From NCBI RefSeq assembly GCF_004010195.1, contig NW_025215130.1, forward strand, positions 12,577 to 57,669: DNA of 45,093 bases. Direction: 5' to 3'. Within the stretch, counting starts at the first letter, position 1. The number at the start of each line of letters is the position of its first letter. The position numbers and the translations under genes are program-made. This DNA comes from Chiloscyllium plagiosum. Its lineage: Eukaryota. Below, piece after piece: positions 35,210 to 45,093 of this stretch. The notes under the pieces were generated by a model that saw nothing but the letters and a program-made list of their open reading frames with translations, searched no databases and was not told the origin of the DNA.

Positions 35210-36040
35210 TCTACACAACAAAAACATATCCTCTGGAACAAATTGCCCATGCCGACCAGATATCCTAACCTAATCTAGTCCCATTTGCCCTCTAGGCCCA
35301 TATTTCTCTGAACGCTTTCCATTCATATACACAATCCGATGACTTTTTAAGTGGTTTGGAGATGCTGCTTGTGGACTGGGGTGTACAATGTTAAAAATCA
35401 CACAACACCAGGTGATAGTCCAACAGGTTTTCTTGAATGCACGAGCTGTGTCTTACAATTTTATTCTCCACAACCACCTGATGACGGAGCAGCGCTCCGA
35501 AAGCTAGTGCATCCAAATAAACCTGTTGTTATATGACCTGATTTTTGACGGTTTAAATGGTGTAATTGTACCAGTCTGCACCATTCCTGCCGACAGTTCA
35601 TTCCATACACGCATCATACCCTGCGTGAAAATGTTGCCCCTAAGGACATTTGAAATTGTTCCCTTCTCGCCTACACCTGTAGCCGCTAGTACTGGACTAG
35701 CTCCACCCAAAAGATACGAACTTATCTATTTATCCTATCCACGCACCTCATGCTTTTATAAACACCTGTAAGTTATAAACATCCCTCAGCCTCCGACGCT
35801 GCAAGGAAAACAGCAGCATCCTGTTTAGCCTTTCCCTGTAGCTCGAATCCGTTAATCCTGTCAAAGTCCTTCTAAATCATTTCTGAACTCTTTCAAGTTT
35901 TATAACATCCTTTTCAAAGGAGGGAGACCGGAATTGCACACAATATTCCAAAAAGTGGCTGAATTTGTTTCATGTACTGCAGCAACATGGCCTCCCAAAC
36001 CCGAGAACTCAATGCCCTGACCAATAAAGAAAAGCATCAG
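35210..36040 (-). mobile_element. CR1 3' fragment (copy 2 of duplication) with nested fold-back element at 35351-35551
   Basis: Duplicate of 34020-34838. Confidence 0.8.
35475..35509 (+). ncRNA. Minimal type I hammerhead ribozyme motif (duplicate)
   Basis: Identical to 34285-34319. Confidence 0.8.
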
Positions 36041-36309
36041 AATGATTTCTTTGCTTGTTAAAGTCACACAGCAGCAGTGTCAGCTGCAATTTCCTGATAT
36101 GCAGTCGGCTTGAAGCAAGAACAAATGGGATATCAGGAAAATGGAAAGACATTTGTCGTTTGTGAGAGGTGACGGTGATCCGAGTGGAGCCAGGCTCAAT
36201 GTGAGTGCTGAAGACGGACCATCCTGTTTATCTTGGGACACACATCGCTCCTGATGTATCATCCACAATGACTGCCAATTCTGTGGTCACTTTTGCAGAA
36301 AGATGTTAG

Positions 36310-36670
36310 GCAGGCCAAGAGGGTGGTGACGAGTTGGAGGCTTGGGACTGGCATAAGGTGCGGGAAGGGAATTGTGGCAAAGGAGAAACCAAAGTCAAGT
36401 CCGTAGATTTGCAGGGTGCCAAGGTGGAAGATGAGGCTTCACTCCTCCTGGACTCAAGCAGTTAGGGTTTGGCGATGGAGGAGGGCCAGAACCTGCATAT
36501 CCATTATGGAGTGGGAGGGGGAGTTGAAGTGTTCAGCAACACGGTGGTGGGGTTGGTATGGGTTGCCCAGAGTGTTTCCCTGAAATGATCCACTAGTTGG
36601 CGTCCTGTCTGTCATTGTGGAGGAGACCACATCAGGTGCAACGGACACAGCAGATTACATTTGTGAAGGT
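36310..36670 (-). mobile_element. PLE GIY-YIG fragment (Neptune-like)
   Basis: HRVAEHFNSPSHSIMDMQVLALLHRQTLT and the upstream (R)CT*CGLLH remnant. Confidence 0.8.
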
Positions 36671-36679
36671 GCCACCGCT

Positions 36680-37995
36680 GGACCAACTGAGGTCTCCTAA
36701 CCCTGATCCCCTTGGAGCCACGTCTCTGTGATACCCTCAATAACGCACATGCCAATCTCAAGCTCGATTACCTTGTTTCATGCACCCCGTCTATTTAGAT
36801 GCAACAACCTCACTCCTGCCTGGACTGCTCCTCTTCTCAGAGATGTCCCCTTACCTGCTGTGCTGGAAGTAGATTCCTTACCCTTTCCATACGTTCTGTC
36901 CAATTACTTGTTGTGGAAACTTTAAACTGTGCAGAGCCTTCCACTTCTTAAAATTTTTCCACAATTTTCTATGCAACTGAATCCAACTCTTGTATTTTAG
37001 TTTAAAGTCCTCTCGACAGATCCCAGGTATCAGATTTTTCAAGAACTTTGGATCCAGTATCATTCAAGTTGAGACTGTCCCATCGGACAGTTCAAACCTT
37101 CGCCGATTTCTGACCCCGAAATCCAAATAAATAGCACGCTTTTCTCCCGCATCAGACTTCCAACATCACAATTACCTCGTTAATCTTGCTGAATTTGTGC
37201 CAGTTTGTTTATGGATCATGTAGTATGCAGAGATTATTCGTTTATTGTCTGTATTCAATTTAGCACCAAGCGAAATTCCAACAGCAGAAACTCTTTCCTC
37301 AATCGACCTACATAACATCTGGATCATTCCTCTCCCACTGTAAATGTCCTGAAATCGGGCACCAGACAGGCAATACAGCCTTCGGGACCATTGAGTCGAG
37401 CAATAAGGAATAGTCTCTATTTCCTGGTCCCTATTATCCCCGAATATACCGGCATTTCTCTTTTCTCCCTCCTTTTCATTGGCTACCTTAACCACATTTC
37501 TGTCCTCTGTTTGCTCATCTTCCCTACAGCCAGCATTCTCATCCACACAGGCAGCATGTATCTCAAACCTGTTGGACAGGCTGAAGGGCTGAGTCTTCTT
37601 GAGCACTACCCTCTGGTTACCTCTACCTGCCTCACTTGTAGTCACACCCTTCTGTCACAGATCACTGACCGATTTGAGGTATTTAATCTAATGATCCCTC
37701 CAGCCAGCATTCTCATCCACACAGGCAGCATGTATCTCAAACCTGTTGGACAGGCTGAAGGGCTGAGTCTTCTTGAGCACTACCCTCTGGTTACCTCTAC
37801 CTGCCTCACTTGTAGTCACACCTTTCTGTCACAGATCACTGACCGATTTGAGGTATTTAATCTAATGACTGTCGCCTTTGCAACAACAAAATGCATGTAT
37901 CAGTTTTAAAGTTAACAAATCATCCTGTATCCGTTGCTGTTTGGACAAGAGGGTTCCAATTTGAGAAACACAGTGTATAGACGTGCTTCGGAAGG
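36680..37995 (-). mobile_element. CR1 ORF1 (esterase) region, decayed
   Basis: FSLSNRFEIHAACVDE...NAGIFGDNRD...RRLYCLSGARFQDI matches CR1 ORF1 L-x-N-R-F, V-I-G-D-S and C-L-P-G-A. Boundaries are approximate. Confidence 0.75.
37521..37868 (+). repeat. Tandem duplication, 2 x 174 bp
   Basis: Copies at 37521-37694 and 37695-37868 differ at 2 positions by eye. The peptide is repeated in ORF 37391-37909. Confidence 0.95.
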
Positions 37996-38651
37996 TGCAC
38001 CTTGAATAGTTAGATAATGAGCCATAGTAACTTATGAATACTTTGTTGAACAGCCGAACATGCTGACTAAATGCACCAGAATCTGAGGTGTAAAACAAAT
38101 CTGTAAGACTCAGAAACCAGGGTTTCGGCGAGTTCCATTTCAGTCAGCAGTTACTGAAAACTCACATTTCCTCTCGCAGTTTTACTTTACCAAACTACAG
38201 GCTGAGACTTCAATTGTGCAGGTTTGAGGAGAGCCTGATCCCAGTCACTGCAAACTCAACCATGTCAAGAGGAAACGACTTTATGTGTGGATACATACAA
38301 CATAATTCTGCAGGCTGTACAATAATAGGAAAACTTTTATTTAACCCATGCAGATTATTTGTCTCTTGTTGTCCGTGTGCTGAATCCACCCAGGCACACG
38401 TTAAGAGCCAAATCTATGAAGCAGGAGGAGAAAGGCCAATTTGGGCGGGGTTGAGACAATGGATTGTCGAATGGAGGAACGAGGGAATTAAAGGCAAAAA
38501 AAAAAGACAGACAAAAGGGGACATGGATTCAAGCCACAGAAGAACAGAGAGCGAACGAGAAAGAAAAATCTTTAATATTGGACATATATTGCTAGCCATA
38601 AAGTAAAATTATCGCAGTACGATAAGTTCACTTAATCGAGCATAGCAGCTA

Positions 38652-38722
38652 GATTGTGGCTGTTGGCGTGTGGCGCGTCTGACTCCAGATCAGGAAGATG
38701 CATGTTCAAACCACTGATCAAT
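38652..38722 (+). pseudogene. Degenerate tRNA-Trp(CCA) pseudogene
   Basis: GCGCGTCTGACTCCAGATCAGGAAGATGCATGTTCAAACCAC closely matches vertebrate tRNA-Trp GCGCGTCTGACTCCAGATCAGAAGGTTGCGTGTTCAAATCAC (from memory). The anticodon CCA is at 38685-38687. The 5' end and acceptor stem are decayed. Confidence 0.8.
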
Positions 38723-40099
38723 GTGTCCCTTTCGAACACATGAGATGTTTTGCTGACGGTTTTATTGTGACAATGATTCAAGGATGTGGAGTGCCGATTG
38801 TTTGCTTAAATGCTCAGTTTCCCAAGTGTGATAAGGAAAATACAATTTGTTCATCATGTGGTATAAGCATACAGCCTCACCCCTCTGGGCAGCCGCTTGG
38901 TGACAGCATGATATTAATAACATTTACTGATATTTTACTCATAATTCACCCAATTATATGCTTCAGTCTATCAGGAGATTCTACCTACTCCCGTTACAGC
39001 GGAGTGACAGGAGTTTCAGAAAGAAATGTTTCCCAGCAACGGCAATTCTTTCCTCTCACTGAACAAAGTTAAAGTGATTTTTATCTCAACAAAAGGAGCG
39101 AAAACCGTAGTCTGACGTCACCTTTCCACATGAACTGTGAGCCTGAATTTCACACTATGTGGGTAAAATCCAATTACGGACATTTATTTGGTTCTGTCCG
39201 CTATTTATCAAATTTAATTGGCTGGGAAGACGCGGCTGTGTAAAATAGCAGGGGGAATTATTGCAGGGAGTCCTGTCCATGAAATACATGGCAGCTGATT
39301 TTTTTAAACAAATTCACGAGCTTATTCCCATCTCAAAGTAGCCAGGCTGTATGAGTTCGATCATTGCAGACCGACTGAGAAAGTGATAAGGGCATTCAGA
39401 GCTTCACAAGTGTCGCACCTCCTCTGTGTTAACTTCACCAATGTTGTATGCAATATATGTTTGCATGTACCTACTGGAAGCACAACAAATTGCAGTGCTT
39501 GTGGAACTGCCTCAGAGGAGGGGAGGGCTTTGATTCATTGATCATGGGGTTACACACCTTTAGATTCGAATGTGCCACTCCACACACCTGAGGACAACAT
39601 CTGTTAAAAAAAAATTCTCAGTGTTTCAGAGAAATATTCAGCTTTTCATCTGACATGCGGCGTGTAACATTGGGAATTGTGTCATAACTTCTTCATTGCT
39701 GTTGTGTAATATGCTGTTGGGCAAATATACATGTTGTCAAACGTCCCGAATTATGTTGTTCGAAATCCGATTTCATTCAGAATCACAAATTGTGTCAGAG
39801 CGCAGTCGGAGACCAGGCAGCCTACCTTCTCTCTGCTGGCTCTCCAGTGCCATTCTATTGCTCTCTCCATGTAACTCTTGCCACTGTTCATTTTCACGTA
39901 AACATCAAATTCAATTTTGTATCCAGCGAATCTCAGTCTTTGTCACTGTCAGTCAGTGCTTTACGGAAACGTAACACTCCCTGTACATTTCACTTCTATG
40001 TATTTTCCTGATGACCTTCAATCTCTGCCTACTCGTTCTAGTTACTTTCAGACTTTGGAGCATTTCCACTCCTTAATTCCTCTCTCTATGTCTTTCATG

Positions 40100-40830
40100 G
40101 CTTATAAATGGACAAGCAGATTCAAAAGGCTTGAGTCTGGAAAAGCACAGCTGGTTAGGCAGTATCAGGAGCAGGTAAATCAACATTTTCAGGCATAAGC
40201 ACTTCGTCAGGAATGGGGGAGGTGTAAGGATGCTTGGATATAAATAGGAGAGTGAGTGGGGCTGGAGTAGGAGTGGAGCTAGCAATCCAATCAGTAGATA
40301 TAGCCTGCAGGGTGATAGTGATAGTGATAGATCGGAGCAGAGTGTGGAGCTGATAGGTAGGAAGGAATATGGACAGATAAGGCAGTCCAGACGGCGGTGA
40401 CGAGTTGGAGGGTATAATCTGCGATGGGGGTATAGGGAGAGGAGATGAGGAAACTGATTAAGTTAATGTTGATGCCGGTGGTTGGAGGGTCCCATAAAGG
40501 AAGATGAGATGTTCTTCACTCACTCATCGCATATCTTGTATTGATAGTGGACGAGTCCCAGGATTTGCATGTCCATGGAGTGGGAGGGGGATATGAAGTA
40601 GTCAGCTACAGCATGTTTGGATTATTTGGTGCATGTGTCCCCAAGATGTTCTTTACAATGCTCTGCATATTAGCGTCCTGTTTCCCTAGTGTCATGGAGA
40701 CCAGGTCGAGAACAGTTGACACTGTATATGTGGTGGTTGCATGTACTGGAAAATCTCTCCCAGATGTGGAAGGATCCTTTGCGGCGGTGGGTAGAGGTGA
40801 GGCGGGTGTTGAGGGTGCAGACTTTTCACC
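40100..40830 (-). mobile_element. PLE 3' fragment (terminal repeat and GIY-YIG), Neptune-like
   Basis: Terminal repeat GGAAAAGCACAGCTGGTTAGGCAGTATC...CTTCGTCAGGAA. The minus-strand GIY-YIG region is homologous to 7850-8200 and 36400-36670. Confidence 0.8.
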
Positions 40831-42417
40831 TCTTTCGATGTCAAAGAAAGACTTCAGCCTTCGGTTCTCCAAGGATAACTGCCCCAATTTTACAATCTAC
40901 CTTCACAGCTGCCATTGTACAAACGCTGCATCATTCACATCAGCCTGTTCAGAGCTGTCTCAAAGCACTTAATTTCCACAATTCCTGATGTTTCACGAGC
41001 AGAATTGAGCAATAATGCAGCTGGCGGTTTTATCCAGAGTTGGAATGACTAAGTGAACAATCAAAAACACACGTTTTCACTTTGAAGAAATGTTTTCTTT
41101 TGTCGTGCTTGCTGCTCTGGTCGCCCTTCCCCATCTCGACTTCAGGCTGTCCGATCTCATTTACAGAAGCTACTTTTTGAGATAATCGATCCAACATTTT
41201 TGCATAAGTGCAGTCTGGACATTTGGGCCTGTCCGCGATTTGAATTATGTATCAAAACCAGTGAAAATGACACTCCATAACTAATGAGCCAAAGCCGGGG
41301 GCATAGTTCACCGTGTCAGTAGCGGACCTTTCTGCCCTCTGAAATCCATTCCACATCGCTCCTGGATTTCCAAACAGCAAAGTGATTTGATAATATCTGC
41401 TTTCCATTCTGTCTCTCTGACGCTACTGTTTGTCCCGTATCAAGGACCAATGCTGTCTCCACTGGCGAACAATTAAACCATTTACTTTCTGCTTGCAAGC
41501 TGTATTGAGAGAGAACGCTTTTCTGCTCAGTGTCAATCAGCCTCGGCGAGTAGAATCAGTTACACGGCAGGAAATAAGCAACTTTGATTGTGGATTATCT
41601 CTGAAAGTTTTTCATCCGAGAAATAGAAAGATACTGAGCTGGCAGGAAAGGCAACAATGGACACTGAAGATTCTTCCTCCAGGTAAACGCATATGAGTTC
41701 TCTTGTGTGCAGCCTATTTCGTGTTCCGAGATCGTCTTCACACATAAATCCTGCAGAAATTCTAATTCAACATGGGCGTCCGTTTCTTTCCTGCGACTGG
41801 GCAGCAGTTAGCATCTGAACGCCAACTTTCCCAGATGAAGAGAATCCAAGAGAAACGCTTTCTCACTGACAGTCATTACCACGACCCTGAGCTGCGCCGC
41901 TGCAGACAGTCCAACCCGGAAGGGAGGGTTAAAATTAGTCATTGTTTCTCCCTCTGTCCCAGAGACAGGGAGAGGGACGGCATTTACACCTGGCATCATT
42001 CCCACGCAGACAGAAGCCATAGAGCCCATCCATTCTGTTACGACTCTCTGTCACTTGAGTCTCTCTGAGGTTATTCACAGTCGGTGGTAATATATGTCCT
42101 AATATGTCTCCCATATGCTGATCCTCTTGCCATTCATGTCTGAAACAGTAATGAATAACGCGCCTGCGTATGCGTGAGGACAATATAGATTCGACTCCTA
42201 ATGGCTCCAGAGCAGTACAGGTTTTTATTGCAATTGTAACCAATCTCCCTCTTTCTTCTGAAGTCGCATCGACGTTTGAATTCCTGCTCTGCAGGAACCT
42301 TCAGTCAATGTCCCCGAGAACATCATAACAATGTCAGTACTTCATCATAGGAGCGGAACTGAAATTGTCTCACACCCTCTTCATGGTCACATTTCCATTT
42401 CCATAACTCACTGACCC

Positions 42418-45093
42418 GAGTACAGTAGGGGGCTGAGGACACAGCCGTCTGTATACAGGGAGTACAGTATGGGAATGAGGACACAGCCATATGTGTACAG
42501 GGAGTACAGTAGGGGGCAGAGGACACAGCCGTGTGTGTACACGGAGTACAGTAGGGGGCTGAGGACACAGTCGTGTGTGTACAGGGAGTACAATAGGGGG
42601 CTGAGGGACACAGCCGTGTGTGTACAGGGAATACAGTAGGGGGCTGAGTGGCACAGCTGTGGTGTAGAGGGAGTATAGTAGGGTGCTGAGGACATAGCCA
42701 TGTGGGTACAGGGAGTACAGTAGGGGGCTGAGGGACACAGCCGTGTGTGTACAGGGAGTACAGTAGGGGACTGAGGGACATAGCCGTGTGTTGACAGGGA
42801 GTACAGTAGGGGGCTGAGGACACAGCCGTGTGTGTACAGAGAGTACAGTAGGGGGCTGAGGACACAGCCGTGTGTGGACAGGGAGTACAGTAGCGAGCCG
42901 AGGGACACAGCCGTGTGTGTACAGGGAGTACAGTAAGGGGCTGAGGGACACAGCCGTGTGTGTACATGGAGTACAGTAGGGGGATGAGGACACATCCGTG
43001 TGTGCACAGGGAGTACAGTAGCGAGCTGAGGGACACTTTCCGTGTGTGTACCGGGAGTACAATAGGGGGCTGAGGACACAGCCGTGTGTGTACAGGGAGT
43101 AAAGTAGCGAGCCTGAGGGACACAGCCGTGTGTGTATAGGGAGTACAGTAAGGGGCTGAGGACACAGCCATGTGTGTACAGGGAGTAGAGTAGGGAGCTG
43201 AGTGACACAGCCATGTGCGTACAGGGAGTACAGTTGGGGGCTGAGGACACGTCTCTTGGCATATACGGAGTACAATCGGGGGTGAGGATACAGCCATGGG
43301 GAACAGGGAATACAGTAAGGAGATGAGGGCACAGCCATTGGTCTACAGGGAGTACAGTAGGTGCTGAGGGCACAGCCGTATGTGTACAGGGAGTAAACTA
43401 GGGGGCTGAGGACACAGACGTGTGTGTACAGGGAGTACAGTAGGGGGCTGAGGACACAGCCGTGTGTGTACAGGGAGTATAGTATGGGACTGAGGACACA
43501 GCCATATGTGTACAGGGAGTACAGTAGGGGGCAGAGGACACAGTCGTGTGTGTACACGGAGTACAGTAGGGGCTGAGGACACAGTCGTGTGTGTACAGGG
43601 ATAACAATACGGGGCTGAGGGACACAGCCGTGTGTGTACAGGGAGTACAGTAGGGGGCTGAGTGGCACAGCCGTGGTGTAGAGGGAGTACAGTAGGGGGC
43701 TGAGGACGCAGCCGTCGGTATGCAGCGAGTACAGTAGGAGGCTGAGGACACAGCCTTTGCTATACAGGAGTACAGTAGGGGGCAGAGGTCACAGCTCTGT
43801 GTGTACAGGGAGTACGGTAGGGGGCTGAGGACACAGCCATATGTGTACGGGGTACAGTTGGGGGCTGAGGGCACATCTCTTGGTATACAGGGAGTACAGT
43901 CCTCGGTGAGGATACAGCCATGGGTGAACATGGAATACAGTAGGGGGCTGAGGGCACAGCCATCAGTGTACAGGGATTACAGTAGGGGGCTGAGGGTAAC
44001 AGGCGTATGTGTACAGGGAGTACAGTAGGGGGCTGAGGACACAGCCGTGGTGTAGAGGGAGTACATTAGCGGGCATTGGACACAGCCATGGATGTACAGG
44101 GAGTACAGTAGGGAGCTGAGGGAAACAGCCATGTGTGTACAGGGAGTACAGTTGGGGGATGAGGGCACATCTGTTGGTATACAGGGAGCACAGTCAGGGG
44201 TGAGGATACAGCCATGAGTGAACACGGAATACAGCAGGGGGCTGAGGGCACAGCCATCGGTGTACAGGGAGTACAGTAGGGGGAGAGGGCACAGCCGTGT
44301 GTGTACAAGGAGTACAGAAGGGGGCTAAGGACACAGCCATGTGTGTACAGGGAGTACAGTAGGAGGCTGAGGACACAGCCGTGTCTGTACAGGGAGTACA
44401 GTAGGGGACTGCGGACTCAGCCATATGTGTAGAGGGAGTACAGTATGGGGCTGAGGACACAGCCGTGTGTGTACAGCGAGAACAGTAGGGGGCTGAGGAC
44501 ACAGCATTGGATGTACAGGGAGTACAGTAGTGGGCTGAGGACACAGCCATGTGTGTACAGGGAGTAGAGTAGGGAGCTGAGTGACACAGCCATGTGCGTA
44601 CAGGGAGTACAGTTGGGGGCTGAGTGCACGTCACTTAGCATACAGGGAGTACAATATGGGGTGAGAATACAGCCATGGGGGAACAGGGAATACAGTAAGG
44701 AGATGAGGGCACAGCCATTGGTGTACAGGAAGTACAGTAGGTGCTGAGGGCACAGCCGTATGTGTACAGGGAGTAAACTAGGGGGCTGAGGACACAGACG
44801 TGTGTGTACAGGGAGTACAGTAGGGGGCTGAGGACACAGCCGTGAGTGTACAGGGAGTACAGTAGAGGGCTGAGGGAAACAGCCGTGTGTGTACAGGGAG
44901 TAGAGTAGGGGACTGTGGACACAGCCATATGTGTACAGGGAGTACAGTAGGGGGCTGAGGACACAGCCGTGAGTGTACAGGGAGTACAGTAGAGGGCTGA
45001 GGGAAACAGCCGTGTGTGTACAGGGAGTAGAGTAGGGGACTGTGGACACAGCCATATGTGTACAGGGAGTACAGTAGGGGGCAGAGGACACAG
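42418..45093 (+). repeat. G-rich minisatellite, about 42-bp unit (TACAGGGAGTACAGTAGGGGGCTGAGGACACAGCCGTGTGTG), running off the window end
   Basis: About 60 imperfect tandem units. The antisense ORFs show 14-aa periodicity (PTVLPVHTRLCPQP). Confidence 0.98.

Larger units (their letters stand above)
33647..36028 (+). repeat. Tandem segmental duplication, about 1.19 kb x 2
   Basis: Copies at 33647-34838 and 34839-36028 are near identical, with scattered substitutions and small indels. Duplicated ORFs are offset by 1190. Confidence 0.97.

Noticed and set aside
37391..37909. 172-aa plus-strand ORF with an internal repeat
   Set aside because: It is antisense to CR1 ORF1 and lengthened by the in-frame 174-bp duplication.
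38214..42243. Several 60-140 aa ORFs in non-repeat DNA
   Set aside because: No recognisable domains, codon bias or consistent exon structure. Short spliced exons of a host gene cannot be excluded without transcript data.
42170..42300. GAGGACAATAT, CGCATCGAC and CAGGAAC words shared with U2 snRNA
   Set aside because: The intervening sequence matches poorly and one spacing is off by about 20 nt. It cannot be distinguished from chance by eye.
42323..45091. Long Cys/Pro/Thr-rich ORFs (up to 432 aa) on the minus strand
   Set aside because: All three frames are open because the 42-bp unit lacks antisense stops. The frames swap at 1-bp indels, so this is minisatellite read-through, not a gene.
42418..45093. 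CRISPR-like regular repeat
   Set aside because: There are no unique spacers and no cas genes, and the context is eukaryotic.

Overview
Non-coding, repeat-dominated vertebrate genomic DNA with two assembly gaps (11729-12113 and 23392-24126). The repeat content (HE1-type tRNA-derived SINEs, HER1/CR1 LINEs, abundant Penelope-like elements) points to a cartilaginous fish, probably a shark; this is an inference from repeat content. No intact host protein-coding gene is recognisable, and the listed ORFs I can assign are decayed retroelement fragments or minisatellite read-through. Contents: several CR1 LINEs (one near full length, with SGNH-esterase ORF1 and APE-RT ORF2), two Penelope-like (PLE) lineages with RT and GIY-YIG remnants, a decayed Gmr1-type Gypsy LTR element (gag-PR-IN-RT order), three degenerate tRNA genes (Thr, Glu, Trp), a possible U2 relic, four recent tandem duplications and a 42-bp minisatellite with higher-order structure. 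The most interesting signal is a set of minimal type I hammerhead ribozyme motifs in PLE termini. Four have intact cores, and some sit in short non-autonomous fold-back elements with target-site duplications. PLE termini also show a recurrent layout of ETS/CRE-like motif, TATA box, then ribozyme. Two different PLEs appear to have inserted successively at the same 10-bp target. I found no clear evidence of an entirely new system beyond these retroelement features. Most element boundaries are approximate and were read by eye.
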